Positions 46,741-57,403 are shown, numbered from the stretch's first letter. The stretch is 64,000 bases of DNA from an uncultured Prevotella sp. (GCA_900318625.1 ONLG01000002.1:11734-75733); one strand, 5' to 3'. Numbers and translations are program-made. The notes: generated from the letters alone by a model not told the origin.

Positions 46741-48999
46741 ATGGCAAAGGAAAAGAAAGGCGGAAAGCGGCTCAACAAGCGCCAGGTGGCAGAGCTGCTG
46801 ATAGACTTTTTCAAGTCGAGTCCTAACGAAGTGTTCAGCTTCAAGCAGATTTTCAAGGCACTCAAACTCAACACTCACCCACTGAAGATGCTGGCCATAG
46901 ACCTGATGGAGGAGATGGCGTGGGACGACGTGCTCACCAAGGTGAGCGACAACAGCTACCGACTCAACAACAAGGGACAGATACTCGAAGGCACCTTCAT
47001 ACGCAAGCCCAACGGCAAGAACTCGTTTCTGCCCGACGGCAACGAGAAACCCATCTTCGTTTCGGAGCGCAACTCGATGTTCGCGCTCAACGGCGACCGC
47101 GTGAGGGTGACGATGCTGGCACGCCGCCGCTTCCATATCAGGGAAGCCATGGTGACGGAAATCATCTCGCACGCACGCGACACATTCGTAGGAAGGATTG
47201 TGGTGGAGGAAGACATGGCTTTCCTCGTCACCGACAACAATATCTACGTGAACGACATCATCATACCCAAGCGCAAGCTCAAGGGCGGAACCACGGGCGA
47301 CAAGGCTGTGGTGAAGGTGACGCAGTGGCCCTCGCGTGAGTCGAAGAACATCGTGGGCGAGGTCATCGACGTGCTCGGACCATCGGGAGAGAACAACGTC
47401 GAGATGCACGCCATACTCGCACAGTACGGCCTGCCCTACCGTTACCCGGAGGCCCTGGAGCGCGAGGCCGACAAGATTACGGGCGAGATAACAGCCGAGG
47501 ACTATGCCGAGCGCGACGACTTCCGCCCCGTATGGACCTGCACCATCGACCCGCAGGATGCCAAGGACTTCGACGACGCACTCTCCATGAGGCGCAAGGA
47601 CGGCCTGTGGGAGGTGGGAGTACACATTGCCGACGTGAGCCACTACGTCACCGAGGGGTCGCCCATCGACAAGGAAGCACGCCAGAGGGCCACATCGGTG
47701 TACCTCGTTGACCGCACCATACCCATGCTGCCCGAGCACCTTTGCAACTTCGTGTGCTCGCTCAGGCCCGACGAGGAGAAGCTCTGCTACAGCGTGGTGT
47801 TCCTCATGGACAACGACGCACAGGTGAAGAGCTTCCGAATAGTTCACACCGTCATACGCAGCAACCGCCGCTATGCCTACGAGGAGGCGCAGAACATGAT
47901 AGTATCATATCCCACTCCGGCTGACAAGCGCACCGTGGAACAGATGATACCCGCCATAGAACAGGCACAGCAGGACGGCAGCGAGCGCACCGCCGACGAG
48001 TGGGGACAGCTCTACATACCGGCTCTCGACCTGCTGGCAAAGAAGCTCAGGGAGCAGAGGTTCGCACAGGGAGCCGTCAACTTCGACTCGGAAGAGATGA
48101 AGTTCGACATCGACGAGAAGGGAAAGCCGCTGCGCTGCTACTTCAAGCACTCCACCGATGCCACGCAGCTGATTGAGGAATTCATGCTCCTTGCCAACCG
48201 CACGGTGGCTGAGAGCGTTGGAAAAGTGAAGACTCAGAAAGGCAAGAAGCAGGGGGCAAAGGGCAAGGAGCAGCCATCGGCAAAGACTCTGCCCTACCGA
48301 ATACACGACAATCCCGACCCGCAGAAGCTCGAAACGCTGCGCGAGTTCGTGGCCAAGTTCGGCTACCGGCTGAGCTCGGCAAGCACCAAGGGCGCTACAT
48401 CGCGCAGCCTGAACAAGCTGATGGCCGAGAGCGAGGGACACAAGGAGCAGAAGCTCATACAGATGGTGGCACTCAGGGCTATGATGAAAGCCAAGTACTC
48501 CACCCACAACATAGGCCACTTCGGACTGGCGTTCGACTACTACACGCACTTCACGTCGCCCATACGCCGCTATCCCGACACTATGGTACACCGGCTGCTC
48601 ACCCGTTACCAGCAGGGAGCCAAGTCGGCCAACCGCGAAAAGTACGAGGAGCTGTGCGAGCACTGCTCGGACATGGAGCAGATAGCAGCCAATGCCGAGC
48701 GCGACAGCGTGAAATACAAGATGGTGGAGTTCATGGCCGACAAGCTGGGCGAGGTGTTCAAGGCACACATCAGCGGCATACAGTCGTTCGGCCTCTACTG
48801 CGAGATTGACGAAAACCACTGCGAAGGACTCGTCTCGATACACGACCTCGGACGCGACTACTATGAGTTCGACGAGAAGAACTACTGTCTCGTGGGACGG
48901 CGACGCCACCACCGCTACCAGCTGGGCGACGAAGTGACCATCAAGGTGGCGCGTGCCAACGTGGAGAAACGACAACTTAACTTCATACTTGTAGAATGA
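46741..48999 (+). CDS. rnr: Ribonuclease R
   Basis: TIDPQDAKDFDDA, HFTSPIRRYPD, S1 domain. Confidence 0.95.
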   Translation: MAKEKKGGKRLNKRQVAELLIDFFKSSPNEVFSFKQIFKALKLNTHPLKMLAIDLMEEMAWDDVLTKVSDNSYRLNNKGQILEGTFIRKPNGKNSFLPDGNEKPIFVSERNSMFALNGDRVRVTMLARRRFHIREAMVTEIISHARDTFVGRIVVEEDMAFLVTDNNIYVNDIIIPKRKLKGGTTGDKAVVKVTQWPSRESKNIVGEVIDVLGPSGENNVEMHAILAQYGLPYRYPEALEREADKITGEITAEDYAERDDFRPVWTCTIDPQDAKDFDDALSMRRKDGLWEVGVHIADVSHYVTEGSPIDKEARQRATSVYLVDRTIPMLPEHLCNFVCSLRPDEEKLCYSVVFLMDNDAQVKSFRIVHTVIRSNRRYAYEEAQNMIVSYPTPADKRTVEQMIPAIEQAQQDGSERTADEWGQLYIPALDLLAKKLREQRFAQGAVNFDSEEMKFDIDEKGKPLRCYFKHSTDATQLIEEFMLLANRTVAESVGKVKTQKGKKQGAKGKEQPSAKTLPYRIHDNPDPQKLETLREFVAKFGYRLSSASTKGATSRSLNKLMAESEGHKEQKLIQMVALRAMMKAKYSTHNIGHFGLAFDYYTHFTSPIRRYPDTMVHRLLTRYQQGAKSANREKYEELCEHCSDMEQIAANAERDSVKYKMVEFMADKLGEVFKAHISGIQSFGLYCEIDENHCEGLVSIHDLGRDYYEFDEKNYCLVGRRRHHRYQLGDEVTIKVARANVEKRQLNFILVE

Positions 49000-49751
49000 A
49001 ACACTTACTTAACGCTGCCTTAGCCATCGCCCTCACGCTCACGCTGACGAGCTGTTTCCAGGTAATAAAATGGGTGTTCGGCCACCACGGCGACGACAAC
49101 AAACCACAAAAAGACACTACCACGGCCATCATCAGCGGCTCGATGACGGCCACGGCAGGCGACTCCACAGCAACGATGCGTCAGCCTGACTTCGACAACG
49201 ACGAGCCTTCGGCCAAGGGCATGGACGACCAGGACCTTGACGACGTGGGCCAGGGCCTTGACGAGGAGCAACCGGGCAGAGGCGACGGAGCAATGGACGA
49301 GCCCGACCCCTACAAGCGCTATGCCGGCACGCCCCACGACGTGGTGGACTTCCGCCAGCAGATGGCTCACGCCCACGGCAAACGCTATCACAACGAACGC
49401 TTCGGCTACTCGTACAGCTACCCCAGCTGCTTCCGCACCGTCAGCCGCTCGCAGAACGGCGACGGACAGGTGGTGCAGTGCGAGGAGGTGGTGCTCTCGA
49501 TGTATGCCAGCCACAACGCCATGAACTGGACTACAGCCGAGGCGTGCCGACAGCAAGCCTTCCATCCCACGTACAAAGTGGTCAAGCCGAACTACTACAT
49601 CGCATCAGGAACCATGCAGTCGGGCGAGATATACTATGAGAAGTGCGTGCTCCGAGGCGACACTTTCATAACCATACAGATTGCTTATCCCAAGCGTTAC
49701 CAGAACGACGTTGAGGGACTGATAGCCGAAATAGCCGCCTACAGACCATGA
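48996..49751 (+). CDS. Hypothetical lipoprotein
   Basis: Lipobox LTSC, acidic linker, ATGA overlaps on both sides. Confidence 0.7.
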   Translation: MKHLLNAALAIALTLTLTSCFQVIKWVFGHHGDDNKPQKDTTTAIISGSMTATAGDSTATMRQPDFDNDEPSAKGMDDQDLDDVGQGLDEEQPGRGDGAMDEPDPYKRYAGTPHDVVDFRQQMAHAHGKRYHNERFGYSYSYPSCFRTVSRSQNGDGQVVQCEEVVLSMYASHNAMNWTTAEACRQQAFHPTYKVVKPNYYIASGTMQSGEIYYEKCVLRGDTFITIQIAYPKRYQNDVEGLIAEIAAYRP

Positions 49752-50395
49752 AAATACACTTCAACCACAAGGAGGAGCTGTGGAACTCGTGGTCGCACGC
49801 TGGCGGCATAGCAATGGCTGCGGTCGTGGGCACCTTATTTATTATATGGTGCGTGGGCAAGGAGAACCCCTGGGCCACCTTCGGAGTGTCGCTCTACCTG
49901 TTCGGGATGCTGATGTCCTACGTGGCATCGACGTGGTATCACGCACTGTCGGCATGGTCGAAATGGAAGGAAAGGCTGCGCAAGTGGGACCACGCTGCCA
50001 TCTACTGGCACATTGCAGGCTCCTACTCGCCCATCACGCTCGTGGCACTGCGCGAGCAAGGCTACTGGGGATGGACGCTCTTCGCCTTCGTGTGGCTCTG
50101 CGCCATAGTGGGCACGGTGATGTCGTTTGTCCGTCTGAAGGACCACAGCAACCTCGAGACACTCTGCTTCGTGGGAATGGGAATGAGCGTGCTCGTGGCT
50201 TTCAAGCCGCTCATCGACAGCGTGTCGCCAGCAGCTGTGGCTTGGATAGTGGCCGAAGGGGTGTGCTACATCACGGGAGCCCTCTTCTACTCGTTCAACA
50301 AGCGCCGATATATGCACTCCGTGTTCCACTTCTTCGTACTCGCAGGCTCGGTATGCCACATCGTGGCTGTGTGGGACATACTGTGGAAGATGTAG
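49748..50395 (+). CDS. Hemolysin III/PAQR family membrane protein
   Basis: EELWNSWSH, STWYH, DHAAIY, HSVFHFFV. Confidence 0.9.
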   Translation: MKIHFNHKEELWNSWSHAGGIAMAAVVGTLFIIWCVGKENPWATFGVSLYLFGMLMSYVASTWYHALSAWSKWKERLRKWDHAAIYWHIAGSYSPITLVALREQGYWGWTLFAFVWLCAIVGTVMSFVRLKDHSNLETLCFVGMGMSVLVAFKPLIDSVSPAAVAWIVAEGVCYITGALFYSFNKRRYMHSVFHFFVLAGSVCHIVAVWDILWKM

Positions 50396-50601
50396 AAGAA
50401 CGCCGTTTGCGCAATCCTTTGCGCAGAAAACGATTATTGTAAATCTGCAAAAGTTCTTAAAAAAAACAAAAAAGGCATACATTTGCAGCGCATATATATG
50501 TTTATTTTGAGTTCTTCAACATTCTGTAAACCTATCTCGGAGTGGTTTTCGGCCACTCGCCATGAGAATATTTAAACCTGACAAATGCTATAAATCAACT
50601 A

Positions 50602-53103
50602 ATAAAAATCACTACAACGAGAAGACTATTAACTTCTTTCATTGCCCTTGCGACAATGCTAACCTATTGCTTAGACGCTTCGGCATGGACAGACGTGAAG
50701 CTTCATGGAAACTTTTATGGCTCTTGGGCTGACATTGCTGGCAGTGGAAGCAACAACAACTGGTCGTTTACCATTGATGGAACCAAAATGACGGGCGGCA
50801 GCACTTATGAATTTGGACTAAGATGTGAGAACGGTACCGAATTCTACGCAAGTTCTGTAACCTTCAATTTTTCATCAAGCGCCACTCAGTCACAAACTAT
50901 TGCCAAGGCTAACAGTGGCAATATGAAATTTGTACACAACGCTACATACACATCATATAGCGTTAGAGTATCATTTGCCAGCGAGCAATGGACTATCAGC
51001 ATCTCTGGAAGCACAAGCGGCGGTGGCGGCGGCGACAATGCCTACTATCTGGTAATCCAGGATGGTAATGAAAAGATTACAAACGAATATCTGATGTTCT
51101 CTCCCTCACGCAACCGCACAAAAGGAGGTGGAGGCACCTATTCTCACGGAACAACGTTGCGCAGGCATTGGACGCTGAACTTCAAATACGACGATATTCA
51201 GAAGATCTACAATAGCTTAGGAAAGACAAATGTTCCCACAACCATCAACTATTACATTGCTGACAAGGAGGGCAATCCTGTTTGCCGACCATACAACAGC
51301 GGCTATCAGCTGGGCAAGGCCTCTTCAAGTTATAAATACTGCGATGACACCGACCCTACGGCGAACAATCATGTAACATACGAAACTTATAATGACTCTA
51401 AGACCAGTGCCAGTGGCAGCAACACGTTCCAGATGAGCACCACATGGGGCAAGTCGTTCACCCTTTTCCTCGACACCGACGGCGACCGTCCGCTAACCAT
51501 GAATATCAATAATAGTTTTTCAGACAAAGAAAAGTACTATCTCATTGGCAACCTTAACAGTGCTGTTGCAGGCGACGACTGGTCGCCCACAACTAATACA
51601 GAAAGAATATTGATGGAACGCCACGAATATAACGACTCCACGGTATATACCGCCACCGTGAAGCGCCCTGCCAACGGTTGGAAGAACGTCTATATGGGTG
51701 TTTGTCCTGACTGGCTTCTCCAATATGGCATTAACAAAGGATATCTCTCTGATTGGGACTGGGAACACATCATCCGCCCACAAATAGACCCTAACATCAT
51801 TAAGATAGATAAGGTGTACTATGGCGGAACCCTTGACGGCGTTGCACCCCACGGCGGTCTGGCTATTCCGGGTAGCGGCGACTGGAAGTACGACTATTCG
51901 TCGCTCAACCCGCCTATCGCTGACGACGTAGAGTCGTTCATCTTCTCTATGAACATAACCACCGCTACCTACCGCATCGACTACGTTCACGACCTCTACA
52001 TCATTGGCGACGCCGTGCAGTCGGGCGAAACAGCCAGCGAGTGGAGCGGTGGAAAGGCTCAGGTACTCGAATACAATGCCAACCTGGGCTACTGGTCTGC
52101 CAACGTTACCATGAAGAATGGCGGATACTTCCGCTTTGCCAACGACAAGAAGATGAGCAGCAGCTTCGGCGAGAACGGCTACAAGCCGGGAGCACCCGAC
52201 TCGGAGACCGCTGCCGTGAACCTCGACGGCGAACCTGAGACTCAGTATGTAAACAAAGTGGCCTTCTACTCAGAGGAAACGGCCAACCACACTGAGGCCA
52301 TGAACCGCAACGACATCACCTTCAGGCTCGAAAGCGGCACCTACACCATCAAGTTCTTCGCCTATGCTGAGAACAACGGTACCGCCACTACCAGCGACGT
52401 GACGCGCACATACTATGTGATAGAACCCAAGTTCACCTTCCACGCACCCGTAAACGGCAACAACGAGAACCTCACAAGCTATACCCACTTCAAGGCGTTT
52501 AGCTGCGCACACACCATGAACAAGCCCGAAGGCGTTACCATGTACACCGCAGCTGTTAAGGAAGGTACCGAGGGCAAGAAAGTAACCATCACCGAGCTTA
52601 CGGGCGACCTCATTCCTGCCAACACGGGCGTGCTGCTGGCAACCAATATGCCAGGCGCAACCAGTGCCGCACAGGAGATTGACTTCACTACGGCTACCAA
52701 TCCGTGGGAAACCATAGTGGTAAACCAAAGGAACGACCTGGTTCCACACCTCATCAAGGGCACCATCAGCAGCACAGGTGATAACGGCTACAACTATATC
52801 TTCGGCTACCGCGCACTCAAAACCACACCGAGCGGAAAGGTCACTCTGGGCTTCTTCAAGCCTACGGGAAGCAACCTGCCAGCCAACTCGGCTTATCTGT
52901 ACTCGCGCTACAACGTTACCACCGATGCCCAGGGCTTCGCAATCTTCTTTGACGACGACACCACAACGGCCATCGATGCTGTTGAGACCGCAGCCACAGC
53001 CGACGACAACGCTCCCTACTACTCACTGCAGGGCGTTCGCTATGCCGGCAAGCCCGCAGCAGGCATCTATATCCACAACGGTAAGAAGGTAATAATCAAA
53101 TAA
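50602..53103 (+). CDS. T9SS-secreted protein with SusE/SusF-like carbohydrate-binding modules
   Basis: YLIGN...W and LYIIGDA...W modules, C-terminal YYSLQG...GIYIHNGKKVIIK. Start inferred at ATA 50602 (track uses 50656). Confidence 0.75.
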   Translation: MKITTTRRLLTSFIALATMLTYCLDASAWTDVKLHGNFYGSWADIAGSGSNNNWSFTIDGTKMTGGSTYEFGLRCENGTEFYASSVTFNFSSSATQSQTIAKANSGNMKFVHNATYTSYSVRVSFASEQWTISISGSTSGGGGGDNAYYLVIQDGNEKITNEYLMFSPSRNRTKGGGGTYSHGTTLRRHWTLNFKYDDIQKIYNSLGKTNVPTTINYYIADKEGNPVCRPYNSGYQLGKASSSYKYCDDTDPTANNHVTYETYNDSKTSASGSNTFQMSTTWGKSFTLFLDTDGDRPLTMNINNSFSDKEKYYLIGNLNSAVAGDDWSPTTNTERILMERHEYNDSTVYTATVKRPANGWKNVYMGVCPDWLLQYGINKGYLSDWDWEHIIRPQIDPNIIKIDKVYYGGTLDGVAPHGGLAIPGSGDWKYDYSSLNPPIADDVESFIFSMNITTATYRIDYVHDLYIIGDAVQSGETASEWSGGKAQVLEYNANLGYWSANVTMKNGGYFRFANDKKMSSSFGENGYKPGAPDSETAAVNLDGEPETQYVNKVAFYSEETANHTEAMNRNDITFRLESGTYTIKFFAYAENNGTATTSDVTRTYYVIEPKFTFHAPVNGNNENLTSYTHFKAFSCAHTMNKPEGVTMYTAAVKEGTEGKKVTITELTGDLIPANTGVLLATNMPGATSAAQEIDFTTATNPWETIVVNQRNDLVPHLIKGTISSTGDNGYNYIFGYRALKTTPSGKVTLGFFKPTGSNLPANSAYLYSRYNVTTDAQGFAIFFDDDTTTAIDAVETAATADDNAPYYSLQGVRYAGKPAAGIYIHNGKKVIIK

Positions 53104-53120
53104 TCTGGAGGAAACAAGAC

Positions 53121-53324
53121 ATGAAGAAGTATATCAAACCATATATGGAAGTAATAGACCTGAAGGCTCGCGGCCTGATGGAGGACATGGGAGTACACGG
53201 TTCAACAGCCGTAGACCAGGACCCTAACCACAACACAGGCGGCAGCGGCTCGCTCGGAGCACGCCCCCACACCATAGTTGGTGGCCACATGGACGGTGCC
53301 TACAACAGCGTCTGGGACCGATAA
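53121..53324 (+). CDS. 67-aa MKxYxKP...VWD micropeptide
   Basis: 17 bp after a CTD gene, before a terminator, shares motifs with 57093-57281. Confidence 0.7.
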   Translation: MKKYIKPYMEVIDLKARGLMEDMGVHGSTAVDQDPNHNTGGSGSLGARPHTIVGGHMDGAYNSVWDR

Positions 53325-53336
53325 CCCACTCACAAC

Positions 53337-53389
53337 AAAGGACTCTGCGACCTTTCCGCCACACTGCGGGGAAGGCACAGAGTCCTTTT
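53337..53389 (+). terminator. Intrinsic terminator
   Basis: aaaggactctg...cagagtcctttt. Confidence 0.8.
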
Positions 53390-53432
53390 CTGTTTTCACT
53401 AACCGAACAAACAAAACCATAAAACTGCTATC

Positions 53433-53768
53433 ATGATTTTGAATAAAGACCGAGACGTAACTGCATTGACGCGACTGCTTGTCGTGTTGGGCTTGTTCAT
53501 GCTCGCGGTAGTGGGCGCCAACTACTACGGAGACTCTTCGGGGTACAGCTCAAACCAATACGAAAGCTCTGAGAGCAAGGGCGGTTTCTACAATACTTTC
53601 TTCGGTCTGTTCACCGACGAAGAAGAAAGCAGCCCCTCATTGTCGGGCGGAGGAGGAGGCGCATACTTCAGTTCCATCTTCGGCGACTTTGAGTTCATCT
53701 TCCGCGTGAAGAACTACAAAGCCCTTGAAGACGACAACCTCGACGAGATGGACCATCTGGTGCATTAG
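53433..53768 (+). CDS. Hypothetical small membrane-anchored protein
   Basis: A-rich leader, N-terminal hydrophobic segment, host-like codons. Confidence 0.5.
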   Translation: MILNKDRDVTALTRLLVVLGLFMLAVVGANYYGDSSGYSSNQYESSESKGGFYNTFFGLFTDEEESSPSLSGGGGGAYFSSIFGDFEFIFRVKNYKALEDDNLDEMDHLVH

Positions 53769-53881
53769 CCCAAGCGAGAGAGAAGGGAGGACGGGCAGGC
53801 TGGCAGCAGCCGGCAGCTATCATAAGTTGACACTAATATAGACTTAATATACGACAACCTATTATTAACATTCATAAGTAA

Positions 53882-56800
53882 ATGAAGAAAACATTATTAC
53901 AACTATTGCTGCTGTGCCTTCCCTTGCTGTCGATGGCACAGGGATGGCCGTCCTACTACGGTGGCGTAATGCTGCAGGCGTTCTACTGGGACAGCTACGA
54001 CGACACCAAGTGGACCAACCTTACCAACCGCGCCGACGAGCTGTCGAAATACTTCGACCTGATATGGGTGCCCAACTCGGGACAGGTGAAGCCCGACGAG
54101 TGGAACCACGGCGAAGGAATGAAGTCTATGGGCTATGACCCCTGCTTCTGGCTGAAGCACAACTCGATATGGGGAACGCAGACCGAACTCGTAAACATGA
54201 TCAAGACCTACCGCGAGAAAGGCACCGGCATCATCGAAGACGTGGTAATCAACCACAAGAAAGGAGTCCAAGACTGGGCCGACTTCCCCGTTGAGAGCTA
54301 CACCAATCCCACCACCGGCAAGACTTACAACATCAACTGGAGCACCGACAAGACCAAGATGTGGGGCGTCACGCTCAACGACGAACTCTATACCAGCGGC
54401 ACCTCCGGCTACACCGACGACGGAACGGGCCACTACGACGAGGGCGACGACTTCAGCGGCTACCGCGACCTGGACCACGTGAACCCCGGAGTGCAGCAGA
54501 ACTGCATCACCTATCAGGACTTCCTTCTCAACGAACTGGGCTACATAGGCTTCCGCCTCGACATGGTGAAAGGCTACAAGCCCTACTACACGGGAATGTA
54601 TAACGCCGCCACCCACCCTGCTTTCTCCGTAGGCGAGTACTGGGACGGCTACTCCAGCATCGTCAACTGGATTGGCGAGACCGCCCTCCACCCCACCGCT
54701 AACGGACAGATACAGTCGGCAGCCTTCGACTTCCCGCTGAAGAACACCATCAAGTCGGTGTTCGACGACTACAACTGGGATGCCTTGAGCGACAAGGGCG
54801 TTGCCGGCGACCCCAACTGGCAGCGTTATGCCGTGACCTTCGTCGACAACCACGACACCGGACGCGAAGACTACCAGCGCCTTTGGAACAACTGGTCGGC
54901 AGCCAACGCCTTCATCCTCGCCATGCCGGGCACTCCCTGCATCTGGCTGCCCCACTACGATGCCGACCCAACCAACATCGGCAACATGATTCTGGCCCGC
55001 CGCGCCGCCGGAGTGACCAACCAGAGCACCATCACCCGTCAGGAACGCTTCAACAACGGCTACATCCTCGTCACCCAAGGCTCAAAGGGCAGTGTCTACG
55101 TGCAGTTTGGCGATGCCGTGAACGAGGGATGCCCCTACGGCTACAAGGAAGTGGCTTCCGGCGACTGCTATAAATTCTACTGCACCTACGAGCTCGACCT
55201 CAGCAAGGACAACAAACCCGGACTGAGCTTCGGCTATCCCGTGGTCAGCAAGGGCACAGGCTCCTTCTACCAGAGCGTGACGGTGAACGTGAAGCCCTCG
55301 CTCAGCGGCACCACCCTCGTCTACACCACCGACGGCACGTCGCCCACAGCCTCGAGCCAGCAGATAACGAGCCTCGACGGACAAGACCTCACCTTCACCG
55401 AAAGCACCCACCTCTCCGTAGGTGTGCTGCAAGACGGTGTCGTGCGCAACATTCAGTCATACAAATACATCATCACCCAGGAGAAGGCCACCACTATAAC
55501 CGTCTACGTCAAGGCCAGCAAGAGCCCGCTTTACGTCCACGCATGGGACGGCAACGGCGACCTCACCACATGGCCCGGCCAGAAGCTCTCGCAGACAACC
55601 GTCATCGGCGGCACGAAGTGGTACACCTACACCGTCAGCAAGCCGTCGGACGACTACTCGTTCAACATGGTGCTCTCGCAGGGCAGCGAGGAAACCAAGT
55701 CGGGCGACGTGTCGGGCATCAGCTCAGACGTGTTCTACGAGCTCACGTCGAACTACGCCAAGGACCTCACCACGCGCTACATAGAGCACCTCTATGACGA
55801 CGAAGAAGAGGAGCAGACCGTCAGCGAGCCCATCACCATCTACGTAGCCAGCAGCACGCAGCCCATGCTCCATGCCTGGAACGGCACCGGCGACCTCAAC
55901 GGCGAGTGGGGCGACAACCAGAAGATGACCCAGACCACCACCATCGGCGGCAAGAAGTGGTACTACCACACCTTCGCCGACGACGTTGACGAAGTGAACA
56001 TCATCTTCCACACATCCTCTTCGCAGACTGCCAACATCGAGGGCATCACCCGCACGCAGTTCTTCAACTACAACGGCAGCACCGGCTACGAGAACGTAAC
56101 CGACGACTACATCGCCAACCTCTACTTCGACACGCCTGCCGGAGTGCGCTACGAGCGAGACAAAGTGTACGCCTACTTCGAGGACAGCGACGACTGGGGC
56201 CAGTGCTATGCCTACACCTACAACTCGAAGACCGAGGGCGACTGGCCCGGCAGCAATGCCAACGTCACCAAGGTGGGCCAGACCATCGACGGCAACGACA
56301 TCTACAAGTGGGTGAGCACCTCCACAACGCAGCCCGGAAACATCATCTTCAACAAGGGCCAGAGCAGCGGCTCCTCTGCCGGCGACGGCCAGACCAAGGA
56401 CCTCACCTTCGTCAACGGCGGCTACTATGTCATCGACGGCCTCAAGGGAGTAGTCACCAAGCAGAGCGACCTGCTGAGCCGCAGCTTCGCCAAGAACACC
56501 ATTGCCACCGTGTGCGCACCGTTCAGCCTCAACGCCACAGAGGTTGAAGCCCTCGACGGCAAGCTCTACGAGCTCACCGACGAGCAGAACGGCTACCTCA
56601 TCTTCAGCGAAGCCACCACCATGACAGCCCTCAGACCTTACCTCTTCGTGGCCGACAAGGGCGGCAAGGCGTTCCTGCAGTTCAAGGACAAGGCTATCCA
56701 GAACGGCACACCCGTCACCGTGACGGCAGGCAACTTCGCTTTCACCGGCACCACCGACACCGAGAAGCTCGTATCGAACAGCACAACCACCTACTACGGC

Positions 56801-57067
56801 TACAGCCAGAACAACTTTGTGCAAGTGGGCACAACCAACGGAGCCACCATGCGCCCCTACCGCGCCTACTTCAGCACCACTGCTTCTGCGTCGGCCCGTC
56901 CGGTGGACATCCTGTTCGGCGGAATAACCACACAGCTCAGCAACATCAAGGCCGCTACCGTAGAGTCTGCTGCCGTCTACGACCTGCAGGGCCGCCGCGT
57001 GCAGCCCAACGGTCGCCTGCAAAAGGGCATCTACATACTCAACGGCAAGAAGATAATCCTGAAATAA
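53882..57067 (+). CDS. GH13 alpha-amylase with Fn3-like and CBM26-like modules and T9SS CTD
   Basis: DVVINH, GFRLDMVKG, GEYWD, FVDNHD, YTTDGTSP, repeated HAW...W modules, VYDLQGR...NGKKIILK. Confidence 0.92.
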   Translation: MKKTLLQLLLLCLPLLSMAQGWPSYYGGVMLQAFYWDSYDDTKWTNLTNRADELSKYFDLIWVPNSGQVKPDEWNHGEGMKSMGYDPCFWLKHNSIWGTQTELVNMIKTYREKGTGIIEDVVINHKKGVQDWADFPVESYTNPTTGKTYNINWSTDKTKMWGVTLNDELYTSGTSGYTDDGTGHYDEGDDFSGYRDLDHVNPGVQQNCITYQDFLLNELGYIGFRLDMVKGYKPYYTGMYNAATHPAFSVGEYWDGYSSIVNWIGETALHPTANGQIQSAAFDFPLKNTIKSVFDDYNWDALSDKGVAGDPNWQRYAVTFVDNHDTGREDYQRLWNNWSAANAFILAMPGTPCIWLPHYDADPTNIGNMILARRAAGVTNQSTITRQERFNNGYILVTQGSKGSVYVQFGDAVNEGCPYGYKEVASGDCYKFYCTYELDLSKDNKPGLSFGYPVVSKGTGSFYQSVTVNVKPSLSGTTLVYTTDGTSPTASSQQITSLDGQDLTFTESTHLSVGVLQDGVVRNIQSYKYIITQEKATTITVYVKASKSPLYVHAWDGNGDLTTWPGQKLSQTTVIGGTKWYTYTVSKPSDDYSFNMVLSQGSEETKSGDVSGISSDVFYELTSNYAKDLTTRYIEHLYDDEEEEQTVSEPITIYVASSTQPMLHAWNGTGDLNGEWGDNQKMTQTTTIGGKKWYYHTFADDVDEVNIIFHTSSSQTANIEGITRTQFFNYNGSTGYENVTDDYIANLYFDTPAGVRYERDKVYAYFEDSDDWGQCYAYTYNSKTEGDWPGSNANVTKVGQTIDGNDIYKWVSTSTTQPGNIIFNKGQSSGSSAGDGQTKDLTFVNGGYYVIDGLKGVVTKQSDLLSRSFAKNTIATVCAPFSLNATEVEALDGKLYELTDEQNGYLIFSEATTMTALRPYLFVADKGGKAFLQFKDKAIQNGTPVTVTAGNFAFTGTTDTEKLVSNSTTTYYGYSQNNFVQVGTTNGATMRPYRAYFSTTASASARPVDILFGGITTQLSNIKAATVESAAVYDLQGRRVQPNGRLQKGIYILNGKKIILK

Positions 57068-57092
57068 TGTTCACGATAAACCTCACAACAAC

Positions 57093-57281
57093 ATGAAGAA
57101 TTACGCTAAACCACAGATAAGCCACTGCCACTCAGCCGCCGAGCACCTGCTCACGCTCAGCCAGCCAACCAGCGACACGCCCGTTGTCGACGATGGCCGC
57201 GAGCTCGATGCGCGCCAGACCAACCTCGGACAGCTGCCTGCAGACGACAACATACCTGCCCGGCACAACGTCTGGGAATAA
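57093..57281 (+). CDS. 62-aa MKxYxKP...VWE micropeptide
   Basis: 25 bp after the amylase stop, shares motifs with 53121-53324. Confidence 0.65.
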   Translation: MKNYAKPQISHCHSAAEHLLTLSQPTSDTPVVDDGRELDARQTNLGQLPADDNIPARHNVWE

Positions 57282-57318
57282 CCCGTTGCGGAAGCATTGC
57301 TTCACTTCAGACGAGAAC

Positions 57319-57403
57319 TGAGGGGGTGAGAAGCGAGAGGATAGGGCCATCCTGCCACGGAGCAGGGGGCTGCCATTCCCTCACTTCCCACCCCCTCGCT
57401 TTT
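57319..57403 (+). terminator. Long GC-rich hairpin, possible terminator
   Basis: gagggggtgagaag...cttcccaccccctc followed by gctttt. Confidence 0.55.
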
